From Phoronis australis (lineage: Eukaryota; Animalia; Phoronida): a DNA stretch of 64,000 nucleotides. The position numbers and the translations under genes were made by a program. Position 1 is the first letter of the stretch. Each line of letters opens with the position of its first letter. Positions 54,701 to 64,000 of the stretch are shown here, in pieces. The notes below the pieces were generated by a model. It had not been told where the DNA came from. It made no database searches and saw only the letters and a list, made by a program, of their open reading frames with translations. Location: contig NMRA01000884.1 of NCBI GenBank assembly GCA_002633005.1, forward strand, positions 15,218-79,217. Direction: 5' to 3'.

Positions 54701-57700
54701 TCAAAGAGTAAGTAAGAGAATTATGAAATGCACAGTCCCAAAGATTTACGACAATTTTTTATTTACAGACGCGGGAGACCCAATAGCGGATTTGCAGCGA
54801 ACTACGCATTGCGCATGTGCGAGTTACTTCCTGCCCAAAGGCTCATGGGTTGTGGTCAGGCATGTCTTGAGCAGGCTGGATAGTGTGTGCATTTGGAGTG
54901 ATTTGCAAACTAAAATCCATGTTTCATTTTTTTGCTTTATAATACCAAGCAAGTCCTCTCTCTCGTTTGTAAACACAGCGTAGCTATGATCAGTGACCGT
55001 GTGACCGAGGGCACGACTGTCGTCATGTTCAGTATTGGGGCTATCGGCGTTGATTTCGAAATCTCCTCCGGTTTCAGACAAGTTGATAGTTCTTGGGTTG
55101 CTTAACTTTTGTAGCTTTCCCCGTGGATATGCTAGAGACGTTAATTTTAAGAGGAAACTCCGTCGGAATGTTGTTCTCATACGTTTTTTTTTCCACCAGG
55201 AAAATGTTCGCTGCACACACGATGGCCCCTAGGCAATTACATCGCACTGGATGCCGCAGGGGCGATAGTACGTCCTCACAAAAAGTTACTCATTTCAAAA
55301 TACAGCAAATANTATTACAAAAATCGTTACGTGTCGAAAAACAACAAATTTATATTTAAGGTCGAGATTGATTGAGAGGTCATAAAGTTCCAAGTTGACG
55401 CATACGTGATTTCAGAATAGTAATTTCAGCTCAGGCTCAACAACACAATATCAGCCAATCAAAGACAAAGAGTAAGTAAGAGAATTATGAAATGCACAGT
55501 CCCAAAGATTTACGACAAATTTTTATTTACAGACGCGGGAGACCCAATTGACAGAGACCATTGCTAGGTATCGTGGAGATAATGAGGTTTCACAGTGCAT
55601 CAAAATTTGACGGGTTAGTTGTGCGGGAAATTCCTTGCACAAGCTTGCCTTTATGCATGTATATGAATACGATAATGTTGTACGGCAACTTAGGTGTGTT
55701 AAACCGAATGAACATGGTTTGCAGAAAATCTGACAAGGTGAATTACGTATCTGTGCGCTCAATTAGTGTATGTACAATTCTGTGTTCATTGCGCTAAATC
55801 TGACAACCTTGTGACATGAAGTTTAATCATCGGGTACCAGTAAAACACATAGCCAATATCGGTTAGTGATCCTCCAAGTAACATATATACAACTGTATGT
55901 GTGTTCATTGTCAAGGACAAACGTAAGTTGACAAAGAACATCATAATGCGCTCCAAAGATCATCTGTTTTAACTAACAATTTGGAAAAAAAATATCAAGG
56001 GAATACAAACTTAATCTATTACTTCGCAAAACATTACAAGTAAATGTTAGGATGTGGCTGTGAAATATCGAATTTTCACTTCCGAGTTCTATTAACAAAT
56101 TATCACAAGCTAAAACGTAGCGGCATTACAAACCTCGATGGCTCTTGAAATCACACCGGCGTCAGTGTCCGTAAAGTTGTTTCCTGAGATGTCAATTTTC
56201 TTCAAATGTTGGCAAGATCGGACCATTTGTCCAACGACTTTAGCACCATAACCATGCAAGTTGTTTTCAGCGAGATTCTAAAATTAAATTGAACTGGTAG
56301 TTTCAGTACATGTACAGTAGGCTTAAAATCTCAAATTGTTTAACAGGATGACGGAAAAAGATTTATTTTCAAACTGACGTGAAGCTTGCCACTCACACAC
56401 GTTATAGTTTATCGCTTTGTGAAGTACGTGACATCGTGTGGAAAATATTGATTTAGAACCCACTCTGTTGAAGATTTAGAACAGACAGTGCTTGTAGTGG
56501 TTTGAGCTTCAGACTTCCGTTTGGGGAACCCGGTTCAAATCTTGGCTTTACTGGCAGACAATCGAGCATTCCACAAAAATATCCCCTATTCCTCTGAGTT
56601 CAGTCCTAGTGTATGTATGCAAGGGAGCGCAATAGGAACCTGGATATAATGCTAAAGTGATTTCAGGGGATGCAAATATTAAAATATTATAATAACGGAT
56701 AAATGGATTTACCAATACGTTCCACGAATATAGTGCACAGTAGTAAGGTTGATCGACTTGAGAGCATGCACTACATTGCAAGCATGTACATTGTATGACC
56801 CGAATGTAATTTTGGCCCATGTTGTGTTTTCAGTGTTTTATCAGTAATGCACTTTATAACCGGCACTGTTATTAAATGTTCGATATAATTATATTCACCA
56901 TGCTTTTGCCAGGTGACCAAATGGATCTCCACCAAAGCACAGTAGGTGGCTTTCAATCATTTCCTAACTAGTTGGGATGGAAATTCATGAGTATTTATCT
57001 GCTTACCAACTCCACAATGGACGTATTTTCCTCCATCATGCGACATATTTGTAGCACCCCGTCAGAGCCAAGGTCGTTTCCTTTGAGATTCAGACTTGTA
57101 ATTCTGTCGTTAATCTGACGAAAATACAGCGGTGAAAAAAATTAGGTTAGCGAAACTAATTCCAGTACTACAACACTCACGTGCAACAAGACTAAAAGCA
57201 ACCAGAGACGGATCAAGGATTTTTAGTTGGGGCGGGCTAGAGCAGAGTATTAGCCAGGATTTTGCCCGTCACATTCGCACCCCCGTACTGCCAAAGGGAA
57301 TTTGAGAGAATTTTAAGGGGGCCATGACCCTCTTGCCCCCCTAAATCCGCCACTGGCAACAAGTAGTAACCTAAACAATCGTTATCGCGACCCTCATTCT
57401 GATAAGAAGTATGAACAGGTTTAGTTGAGCAGTCACAGTAGTAAGCGCCCCATTCCGAAAAAACTGGGAGAAGAAAATAGAAGTGAGCATTTTGTACGAA
57501 CACTGATGACTGGACATAATCAAACTTGCCATTAAGTAAATAAGAGTCTAAAACGACTATTGTGTCCTAGTCCATAATACTCCTTACGGTGATAGCATTC
57601 TATTTCCGTTACCAACAAGAGCATGGAAGTCCACCGCGTGGCATTAAAAACGCTCCAGATTTGGCCTACCTTGAAATTAGCACTCCGAAAATGACGCATG

Positions 57701-60533
57701 TACGAATTGCTGAGTGTTCACCTGACACGCAGGCTCATTCGGCTGATAATCAAGACCTATGATGCTTGAAAACAACCACAGTAGACGGCTAAAAAATTTT
57801 GTTACTCAAAAGACGGCATCCTACGCATATTTTCACCGTTGGCTTCTAAATTCCGTCGGTCTTTAGCTTTGTTACATTCGAAAAATACAAATTTTGAGAC
57901 GTCAACAGAATACACTTATTGTCTACTAGGGCCGACAAACGGGCTTAAGAAAACGTTAGGTATAAGAAGGCGCTCTGAACATATTTTGAACATCGGCGTC
58001 GTTACGCCGCCTTTAGTTTGCTCTTTTCGCAGATTACAATTTTGAAACAATAATTACTGGCGATTTGAATCGACGGTTCACTTTTCCGGGGATAACATGC
58101 GGCTTTGGAAATATGATACTTTTAAGATGGAGCCTTGCACCAATTCTAATATGTCAGGGTCATTCCGAAGTTTGTTCATTTCCCAAACTTATGTTTAAAC
58201 AAGCTCAATTCGCTTCGTTTTGTTTCTCGTCGTGGAATATAGTAAGTTCGTGCAACGAGGATAAGTTTATTGATATCATGCCTACCACTAATGGTATAGA
58301 AATACAAAGCGCTCCTTGCGGTCCAAGTCCATAATGGGACATGTTGATGTCACATGATCCCGATGATCCGGAAGTCTTCAGTTTGTTGTGGAATGCTGAC
58401 GATGGTACAATGCCGTATTTTTTGCATGCAGCCAGGTAGGCTCGCTCACCTGTCGGGTCCCATGAGAATCTCTTTTCTGAAACAGTATCAACACGGGTGT
58501 CGACATCATTTCAGCAATGTTGCGGTCGGAAAATAGTAGACAGTAAACCAGAAATTAAAAAAAGATGATATTCAAAATAATAAGACAAGTGCTCCCAAGC
58601 AATATCAAACACCAGCAAAGCATCATCTCATCTTACATTTCACATAATAGCTGGTCGACAGGGTCCCTGTCTACTAGATCCCTGGTAACGATAGAGTGAA
58701 TAGAGTCATTCTGGCAAGGTATTAGGCCTAAATAACACACAACCTTTTTTCAGTATTCTTAGATCCCCAAAAGTTGCTTCACTGTAAAACTTGAACAACA
58801 GTGAATACAAAACCAAACGCATCTTACGCAAAGCAATGCAAACCTGTTTGGGGATACAGGGTTCAAAACAGTGGATTCCAAACTACTCACATAGGCGGAT
58901 TTAGAGGGTGGGGGCAGGGCCACCCAATTGGAAGACAGCAAGGGCGTGAGGAAATATTGAGTTTACTAATTGACCCTGGTAATGTCGGAGCAGCCGAAAC
59001 AAGGTGTAGGAAGCGTTTGCCCGTTTTTTTTGGTCGTGCGATTACATTTCAGCTGAAGAAGGTCCACATTCTCAAAAGTCCAAGCCCTCCTTCATTTCAG
59101 GCTGGGTGCGCGCATACAGTCGTGCTTAACGCAATTGGCCGAGACAAAGTGTTAGGCCCCATTTATGGTATCCCAGATCCGCCACTGACTCAGTAATCTT
59201 TATTGTCACCACTAAGTGTCGTAGCACCTAATTTTCTGAAATATTTGTACTTCATCTTTTTCTCGTTGCCCTTTCAGAATTTGCCGATTCAGTCTATCCA
59301 CTGATTAAAACGTACAAATATCAACGGTATCAAAAATTTATCACGAGGTCAAGGTTAGGGGGGCTTCTTATATGGAAATATAAAACATAACTTATGATAC
59401 CCGGCATATGAACATACGATGTTGGTCAGTACAAGTATGATATCCTCCTAGTGACCCGACCTTATATTACACAGAACAACGGCAGAAGTACGCACGTGCA
59501 AAGTGTATCCATGCCGGAGCAAGTAAGGAGATTACGACTAGACGACGTAATATTTCGAAGCTATACCCCAAAAGCTCAAAAACAAAATATTTATTTTTGT
59601 GTATTTTGTTCACAGGATAATTACCAGTTACTGTATTGATTATACACACTAAATCAAGTGGCCCCTTTATCGCAAGCGGTCACTCAAAACGTCACGTCAA
59701 AATGGCCACATTGTTTCCTGATTAGGACAACACAATAGTACTAATTGATTTTACTGGATATGCGCCTTTAAACAAAAATCGGGTTCACTTAGTTTACTAC
59801 AACATGGTGTTATGTCTCTTCAACTCGTTTCGACAACGCATAAGCCATTATGGTCAGTGCCCCCACATTCGCCATCAGGCCTACTGAAAGGCAACCCTAA
59901 TACGCAATCAGCGCGATCCTCATTTCCCGTTCCACGACAAACGTCATGCAACCAAGTGTTTTGTCAGCGAACGCCAGTTGCATCATCATCGTTCTCCGTA
60001 CATGTAAATTGTGCGAATGCTGTTTCCAGAAGTTTTGGTAAAGCAAGACAAACCCTCGCCACTGATATGAACACCATTAGCCCACCGTATGACGCATGCG
60101 TTCAGCTTTTAAAGATAATTTGGTAAATGTCTCGAAAATCAAGTCCACAGTATAAGTTGTTCAGCTCGCAGATGGGACTATCTTTATTTTCTGTATACCA
60201 CTTATGTGTTTAGAAGCATAATTTGTGAATGGCTACTGATCTATCGTGTGGAATGAGAGGGTGAGGTACATCTAGCCAGGTGCCATCAATTAGTTTTTGG
60301 ATTGAGAACTTGTCTATACCTGATGTGTCTAGCACGGTCTCTAAATCATCGTCGATCTGTTTTTCATCTTCACCCGCAAGAATCGGTCTAGTGGTGGGCC
60401 GGCCCGACCTACTTCGAGCCGACACAGCCTTGCTCTTTCGCCCCTCGTCATATACTGACTTCTCGTGTGCTGATGTCTGTCGAGAGTTTACAGTAAGCAG
60501 CGAGGTCTCTGTCTGGAACACATAGTTATCCAT
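45723..60533 (-). CDS. LRRC74: Leucine-rich repeat protein with C-terminal EF-hands, LRRC74A/B-like (about 510 aa, 11 coding exons)
   Basis: Phase-consistent GT-AG exons: 60533-60320, 58476-58286, 57114-57007, 56277-56134, 52837-52756, 52307-52222, 51761-51567, 51224-51129, 50323-50066, 48802-48717 and probably 45795-45723. WDPTGERAYLAACKKYGIVPSS...MSHYGLGPQGA is LRRC74-like; RI-type LRRs (LNLKGNDLG, IDLSWNELRG, LNLAWNGFG); EF-hands DQDGSMSVSYDEF and DQDGDGEIDF. Confidence 0.88.
46972..47125 (+). mobile_element. tRNA-derived SINE fragment
   Basis: TGACTTAGTGG A box and GAGTTCGAGTC B box at tRNA-like spacing. Confidence 0.5.
48717..48802 (-). CDS. LRRC74: LRRC74-like exon (EF-hand 2)
   Basis: AAKIPMTSSQIEDLIKVLDQDGDGEIDF; AG/GT bounded. 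Confidence 0.9.
48884..49824. mobile_element. Intronic Kolobok-like non-autonomous element with THAP remnant
   Basis: TTAA-AGTGTACACAACATG / CATGGTGTGTACTGT-TTAA; plus strand VPKDTKVAQKWHRFVRRTRVW and LCSAHFEDSCF (49157-49295); acidic minus-strand ORF 49354-49620. Confidence 0.8.
50066..50323 (-). CDS. LRRC74: LRRC74-like exon (EF-hand 1)
   Basis: EMTYGEEF...LVDLFAQIDQDGSMSVSYDEFKDGLK; 258 nt, phase 0-0. Confidence 0.92.
51129..51224 (-). CDS. LRRC74: LRRC74-like exon
   Basis: LGRNVVPEEPAMAVMDLLLQTSEIKLELLDLA; 96 nt. Confidence 0.85.
51567..51761 (-). CDS. LRRC74: LRRC74-like exon (LRRs)
   Basis: DNVGLKSLNLAWNGFGNDGAIAMGVALENNRTLQELDLTCNRI...; 195 nt. Confidence 0.92.
52222..52307 (-). CDS. 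LRRC74: LRRC74-like exon (LRR)
   Basis: (A)ENGNLDSIDLSWNELRGDGALSICLGVK; 86 nt. Confidence 0.9.
52756..52837 (-). CDS. LRRC74: LRRC74-like exon (LRR)
   Basis: DHTGLTDVTLSNNCFGSTAGVIFRKLI; 82 nt. Confidence 0.9.
54550..55547. repeat. Near-identical 235-bp duplication across a single-N junction (probable allelic/assembly duplication)
   Basis: 54550-54783 matches 55313-55547; N at 55312. Confidence 0.9.
54785..55311. mobile_element. End of AGCGGATTTGCAG-family element, truncated at gap
   Basis: Begins after caAT; homologous to 44345-44721; minus ORF 54824-55216 with DHSY motif; absent from the duplicated flank copy. Confidence 0.78.
56134..56277 (-). CDS. LRRC74: LRRC74-like exon (LRRs)
   Basis: NLAENNLHGYGAKVVGQMVRSCQHLKKIDISGNNFTDTDAGVISRAIE; 144 nt. 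Confidence 0.92.
56484..56547 (+). mobile_element. tRNA-derived SINE head (degenerate)
   Basis: TTGTAGTGG A-box-like and GGTTCAAATC B box. Confidence 0.4.
57007..57114 (-). CDS. LRRC74: LRRC74-like exon (LRR)
   Basis: INDRITSLNLKGNDLGSDGVLQICRMMEENTSIVEL; 108 nt. Confidence 0.92.
57203..57355. mobile_element. MITE, CAGTGGCGGAT family, 5-bp TSD GCAAC
   Basis: cagagacggatc...aaatccgccactg flanked by gcaac twice. Confidence 0.8.
58286..58476 (-). CDS. LRRC74: LRRC74-like exon 2
   Basis: (E)KRFSWDPTGERAYLAACKKYGIVPSSAF...INMSHYGLGPQGALCISIPLV; 191 nt. Confidence 0.92.
58890..59187. mobile_element. MITE, CATAGGCGGAT/ATCCGCCACTG family, 5-bp TSD ACTCA
   Basis: TIRs with actca on both sides; shares gaggaaatattgagtt and aaggtccacat blocks with 16704-17002. 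Confidence 0.85.
60320..60533 (-). CDS. LRRC74: LRRC74-like first coding exon
   Basis: MDNYVFQ...EDEKQIDDDLETVLDTS, donor G|gtatag phase 1 matches next exon; acceptor tgcattgcag at 60601 implies an upstream 5' UTR exon. Confidence 0.75.
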
Positions 60534-60798
60534 GCTGCCGTTGTACCACCTGATGCTTTTAAGTACTGACTACCATTGCGTTATTTGGTGGTCGCCAGTC
60601 CTGCAATGCACAAGGCATAACATGAAACAGATCAAACGCCATCGTATACAAGATCATAAAGTCTAGATTTTAAAGCTTTATTTTCTAAGACACGTGTCAA
60701 GTGGTGGGCCACTTTTGTTATCATTCATTCCCTCGACATTGCGTTACGCCTTTTTAATATGGTGAATATTATATGATAAAAATTAAAATAATGCGTTA

Positions 60799-60840
60799 TA
60801 ATGATGACGACGACGATGATGATGATGTTTTGTTGATGAT
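60799..60840. repeat. (GAT/GAC)n microsatellite
   Basis: atgatgacgacgacgatgatgatgatg. Confidence 0.8.
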
Positions 60841-63800
60841 GGCTAAACTGTTCATCAAGTAATGTGCTTCTCTATGTGTGTGTTTGTGCGTCAACAGTAG
60901 TAGCGCTAGCTGTGCATAAATAGACGGAAATAAATTATCCATTCCATTCAATGTAAAACGACGTGAACCATGGTCTTATTAGGTTACCGCAAATTGTGAC
61001 ACTAACCTTTGAGGGTGTCAACTGGAGCCAGTACGGATCACAGAGGTTAGCGTTAAAGTACACTAATGATTTAATCCGCAGTTGCAGAACCACGTTTGAT
61101 GTAATTAATTTTCCCAGGTAGTTAAGAGCACTAGTGTGACCGTTACAGTTTGTCACGAATGTCACGAACGGAGGCATTAAACAACAGTTTAGCAACAGCC
61201 GCGGACACTTTTGCACCGCCAAAAATTAAACGTAAGGGGTAGGTCAGGTTTGGTGGCACTTTTGAGGTCGTAGCATGTAGTCGTAGTTATTCTGGTTTCT
61301 TTGCATTTGTGAACACGTTGGTAATGAGGAAAGATCACCTGTTTGGCTGTACATGCATTTGCTTCAGAGACGATGACCCCTAACTGTTGCATGTGTACAT
61401 GTACATTAATGTGTAGTGACTGAGGAATCGGCCGTCAATTCCTCGTAGCCCTCAAACAAGCCAGAATTGCAAAAAAATCTAGTTCGTTGACAGTACATTT
61501 AGACCTCATTTTGGAGTCTGTAGGGAATTTGAGTTCAGGATAGACTGATGTCGCTCAACGGCAGAGACGTGGTGGTTTTGGGTTGAAAATGGCAATTTTG
61601 TGGTTTTGTCTGTTCCTTTTTCTAAACCTACCTTGCTTTCCAGCAGGAGCTAAAGATACAAAAATACAAGACAGGAAAAAAAACTTCGGTGGGAGGCCTC
61701 AACTTCGAATAAAATGTTTGGTGAATGATTATTCCCTGGTAGTTATTTATTTATTTAAGTGAGGGCATCAAACTATAGGGAATACTAATATTGGTATGGC
61801 TGTAATTTATTGTTTCGTGAGTTCAGTCGTACTATATTGATAATAAAACTATTTTTGTTTTTGTTGAGGTGCACTAGTCGGTGTGATTCCCAATGGCAGG
61901 CAACGGACACACCGGCTGTTAAGCATTTACATCAAAATCGTTGGTGTTACCTCTTGATTTTTTATAGACAAAACGACAGTGTGCGAATTGCCCTCAATGT
62001 CTACTAAAGGTTTTTTGTTTAGATTAAAATACTTATTTCTGAAACTTCAGGGTTTATTTAGGTCACGCAAATAGAACAGGTAGAAACTCTACCAACATTC
62101 GTCCAGACATCAACCATCTGCTCTATAACTTTCAGAATCGGTGCAAAGATAGACCAATAAAACAAATTATGACTTTACTTAATACTTCGAAGTTCTGCCA
62201 ATGTTTGGTATCTTATCTGCGAAGTGACTTCGAACTGAGACTGCTCGGAAGGGCGGGGACACAAGCAATATCAACTTGCAATATTTACAGAATATCTTAA
62301 CGTTACGAAATGTATACTGCTCTTAATTGAAAAGACACAACAATGGAAGTTATGAGGAGGATTTAGTTTCAATGGGTGGAGTGTCCTTATAGCCAACAGT
62401 TTTTAAGTCGGGTCACACTTTGTTTACGAAACGAAATAACAATATCTCTTGAGAAGTGTATTTAGTTAACCATATTCAGACTTTACGCGGGTCTTGAATA
62501 TAGGTTTTGTGTATCACAACCACTACCACTTCTACATGGTCACTTTCGAAGCAACGAACCCAGGGAATTGTATCCAGCTTACCTGGGTAGATATAAGGAA
62601 CTATGGCCGGCCATCCAAAAATTACACTGAACATTTCCAACAGCTATAAATTTTAAACGGGATGTCTGTAGGCGCCTTTTTGGGTGAGTGGGCACTGTGT
62701 CCACCAAAACATCACTGCGTTCTGGTTGAAATCAATCTAAAGTAAATGCGAATATTAGATGTGAATCATATCAATGGAAGCATCTTTTCTTATCGGGAAT
62801 TCATGTCTTAACTTCCATCTATACCCGTTGCAACGTGCCTCATCCATCCTGGAGATTTACTTAAACCCGGTTTATCCGAAATACTGCTAGGCAGGCGACG
62901 GATCCATCTGGTCGTTATTTCGGCGAGAGCCCATGTAAATCCGTCATCTACCGTAGCAAACCATTTATGAACCCAGACCCTTAGTTTCCTTTTGTCCGCA
63001 GTAGATTTGGCTTGCATTTAAAATTATTTGTTTCATTGATATAATTCTCTTTAATTTTGCAAATTGAATAATCCCACAGAAGCGATGAAGCGCTCAGTGT
63101 CGACTTTTTCAGGACGAGTTTTCCAACAAAAGTGTAATACCTCCTCAGACTATCCCTATTACACAAGAGTTCGCAACTTTCGCAGATCAAAAACCTGAAA
63201 AGGTCCCAATAGTTTTAGTGCCACGTATTTGTTACGAAAATGTTCCTTTGATAGTACGGCGTCTACTCTGGCACTTTCAAGCTTAACGGGTTAAAATTAA
63301 GCGTTTAGTATTCCTATTTGGACATCCGTAACATGATAGTATGGCATTTAATCATGGTGACATTTTCATGGAAGCCCATACAAATAATTCGCCTTTTTGA
63401 AGGAGACCGCACTCCACATGGTCGGGCGTTCTTTATTCAGCAAAATCCTCTTCCAAAAAAGTCGTAGTCAAGTAAGTCGGTCTGAGTAATTTTAGCAAAC
63501 GTTTAATTTCTTGCTGAATGACAGGCATGGCTAAAACGGCCAGTTGTCAACGCACCGAAAGCCAATAGGTTGCACGAGTATAAAAGCGAGGTTACTCACA
63601 TCAAAATAGTTAAAATCACACACTGAGCCTGATCACCGAAGTGCACCGACATCCACCAGGTTTGCACAAGTTCCATAGGCTAAGTACCCCCAGTGCCGCA
63701 TAAAACTACAGTACTCTCGACCCGTATCTTAGCGACATTGTGAGCTAACCGGTCGTCACGGAGTGAGCCACCGGGATACTTATACCGAAGCAACGTGGGT

Positions 63801-64000
63801 CATTATGGAAGTGAAATAGATGTAGCCCAAGGTTAATAGCACGTCTAATCTACTGCTTCCTTTCATGCTGCGCAAGCGACAATAATATATTGGAAAACAT
63901 AGTAGATGTTCACTCAGGCATAGAAAAATCTAAATCAATTTGTACGTGATTAATGCCATACACAGTGTGTCTAATCACCCTGTATGCGTGTCCGTCTCAA

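Noticed and set aside
58450-58476. 27-nt micro-exon ending at CAG|GTGAGC
   Set aside because: The frame continues into conserved LRRC74-like sequence (GERAYLAAC), so the exon extends to 58286.
62800-63295. piggyBac-like element ending GGG-TTAA
   Set aside because: No matching left terminus or coding remnant found.
1-64000. Most short ORFs in the supplied track
   Set aside because: No recognisable motifs, many non-ATG starts, overlapping repeats; expected by chance in intron-rich eukaryotic DNA.

Overview
Eukaryotic (animal, most likely a marine invertebrate; taxon not determinable from sequence alone) genomic DNA, AT-rich and dominated by repeats. One well-supported multi-exon gene: an LRRC74-like leucine-rich-repeat protein with C-terminal EF-hands (minus strand, about 45.7-60.5 kb, 11 coding exons, about 510 aa; last exon uncertain). 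One candidate short secreted Cys-rich peptide gene (21.6-21.9 kb, minus). 7.6-16.1 kb is a nested transposon pile: a decayed BEL/Pao gag-protease interrupted by a 5.0-kb Academ DNA transposon (TAG...CTA termini, 3-bp TSD) and by an inverted Penelope-like repeat with a hammerhead-like core, abutting a CR1/L2 LINE fragment. There are several TTAA-flanked Kolobok-like elements with THAP remnants, two of which form an inverted pair spanning 18.5 kb, plus AT-TSD (ISL2EU-like) elements, a 5-bp-TSD MITE family and tRNA-derived SINE heads. Two single-N junctions appear to juxtapose filled and empty alleles of one polymorphic element family. No prokaryotic features (no CRISPR, rRNA or operons). All identities and family calls were made by eye; no searches were run.
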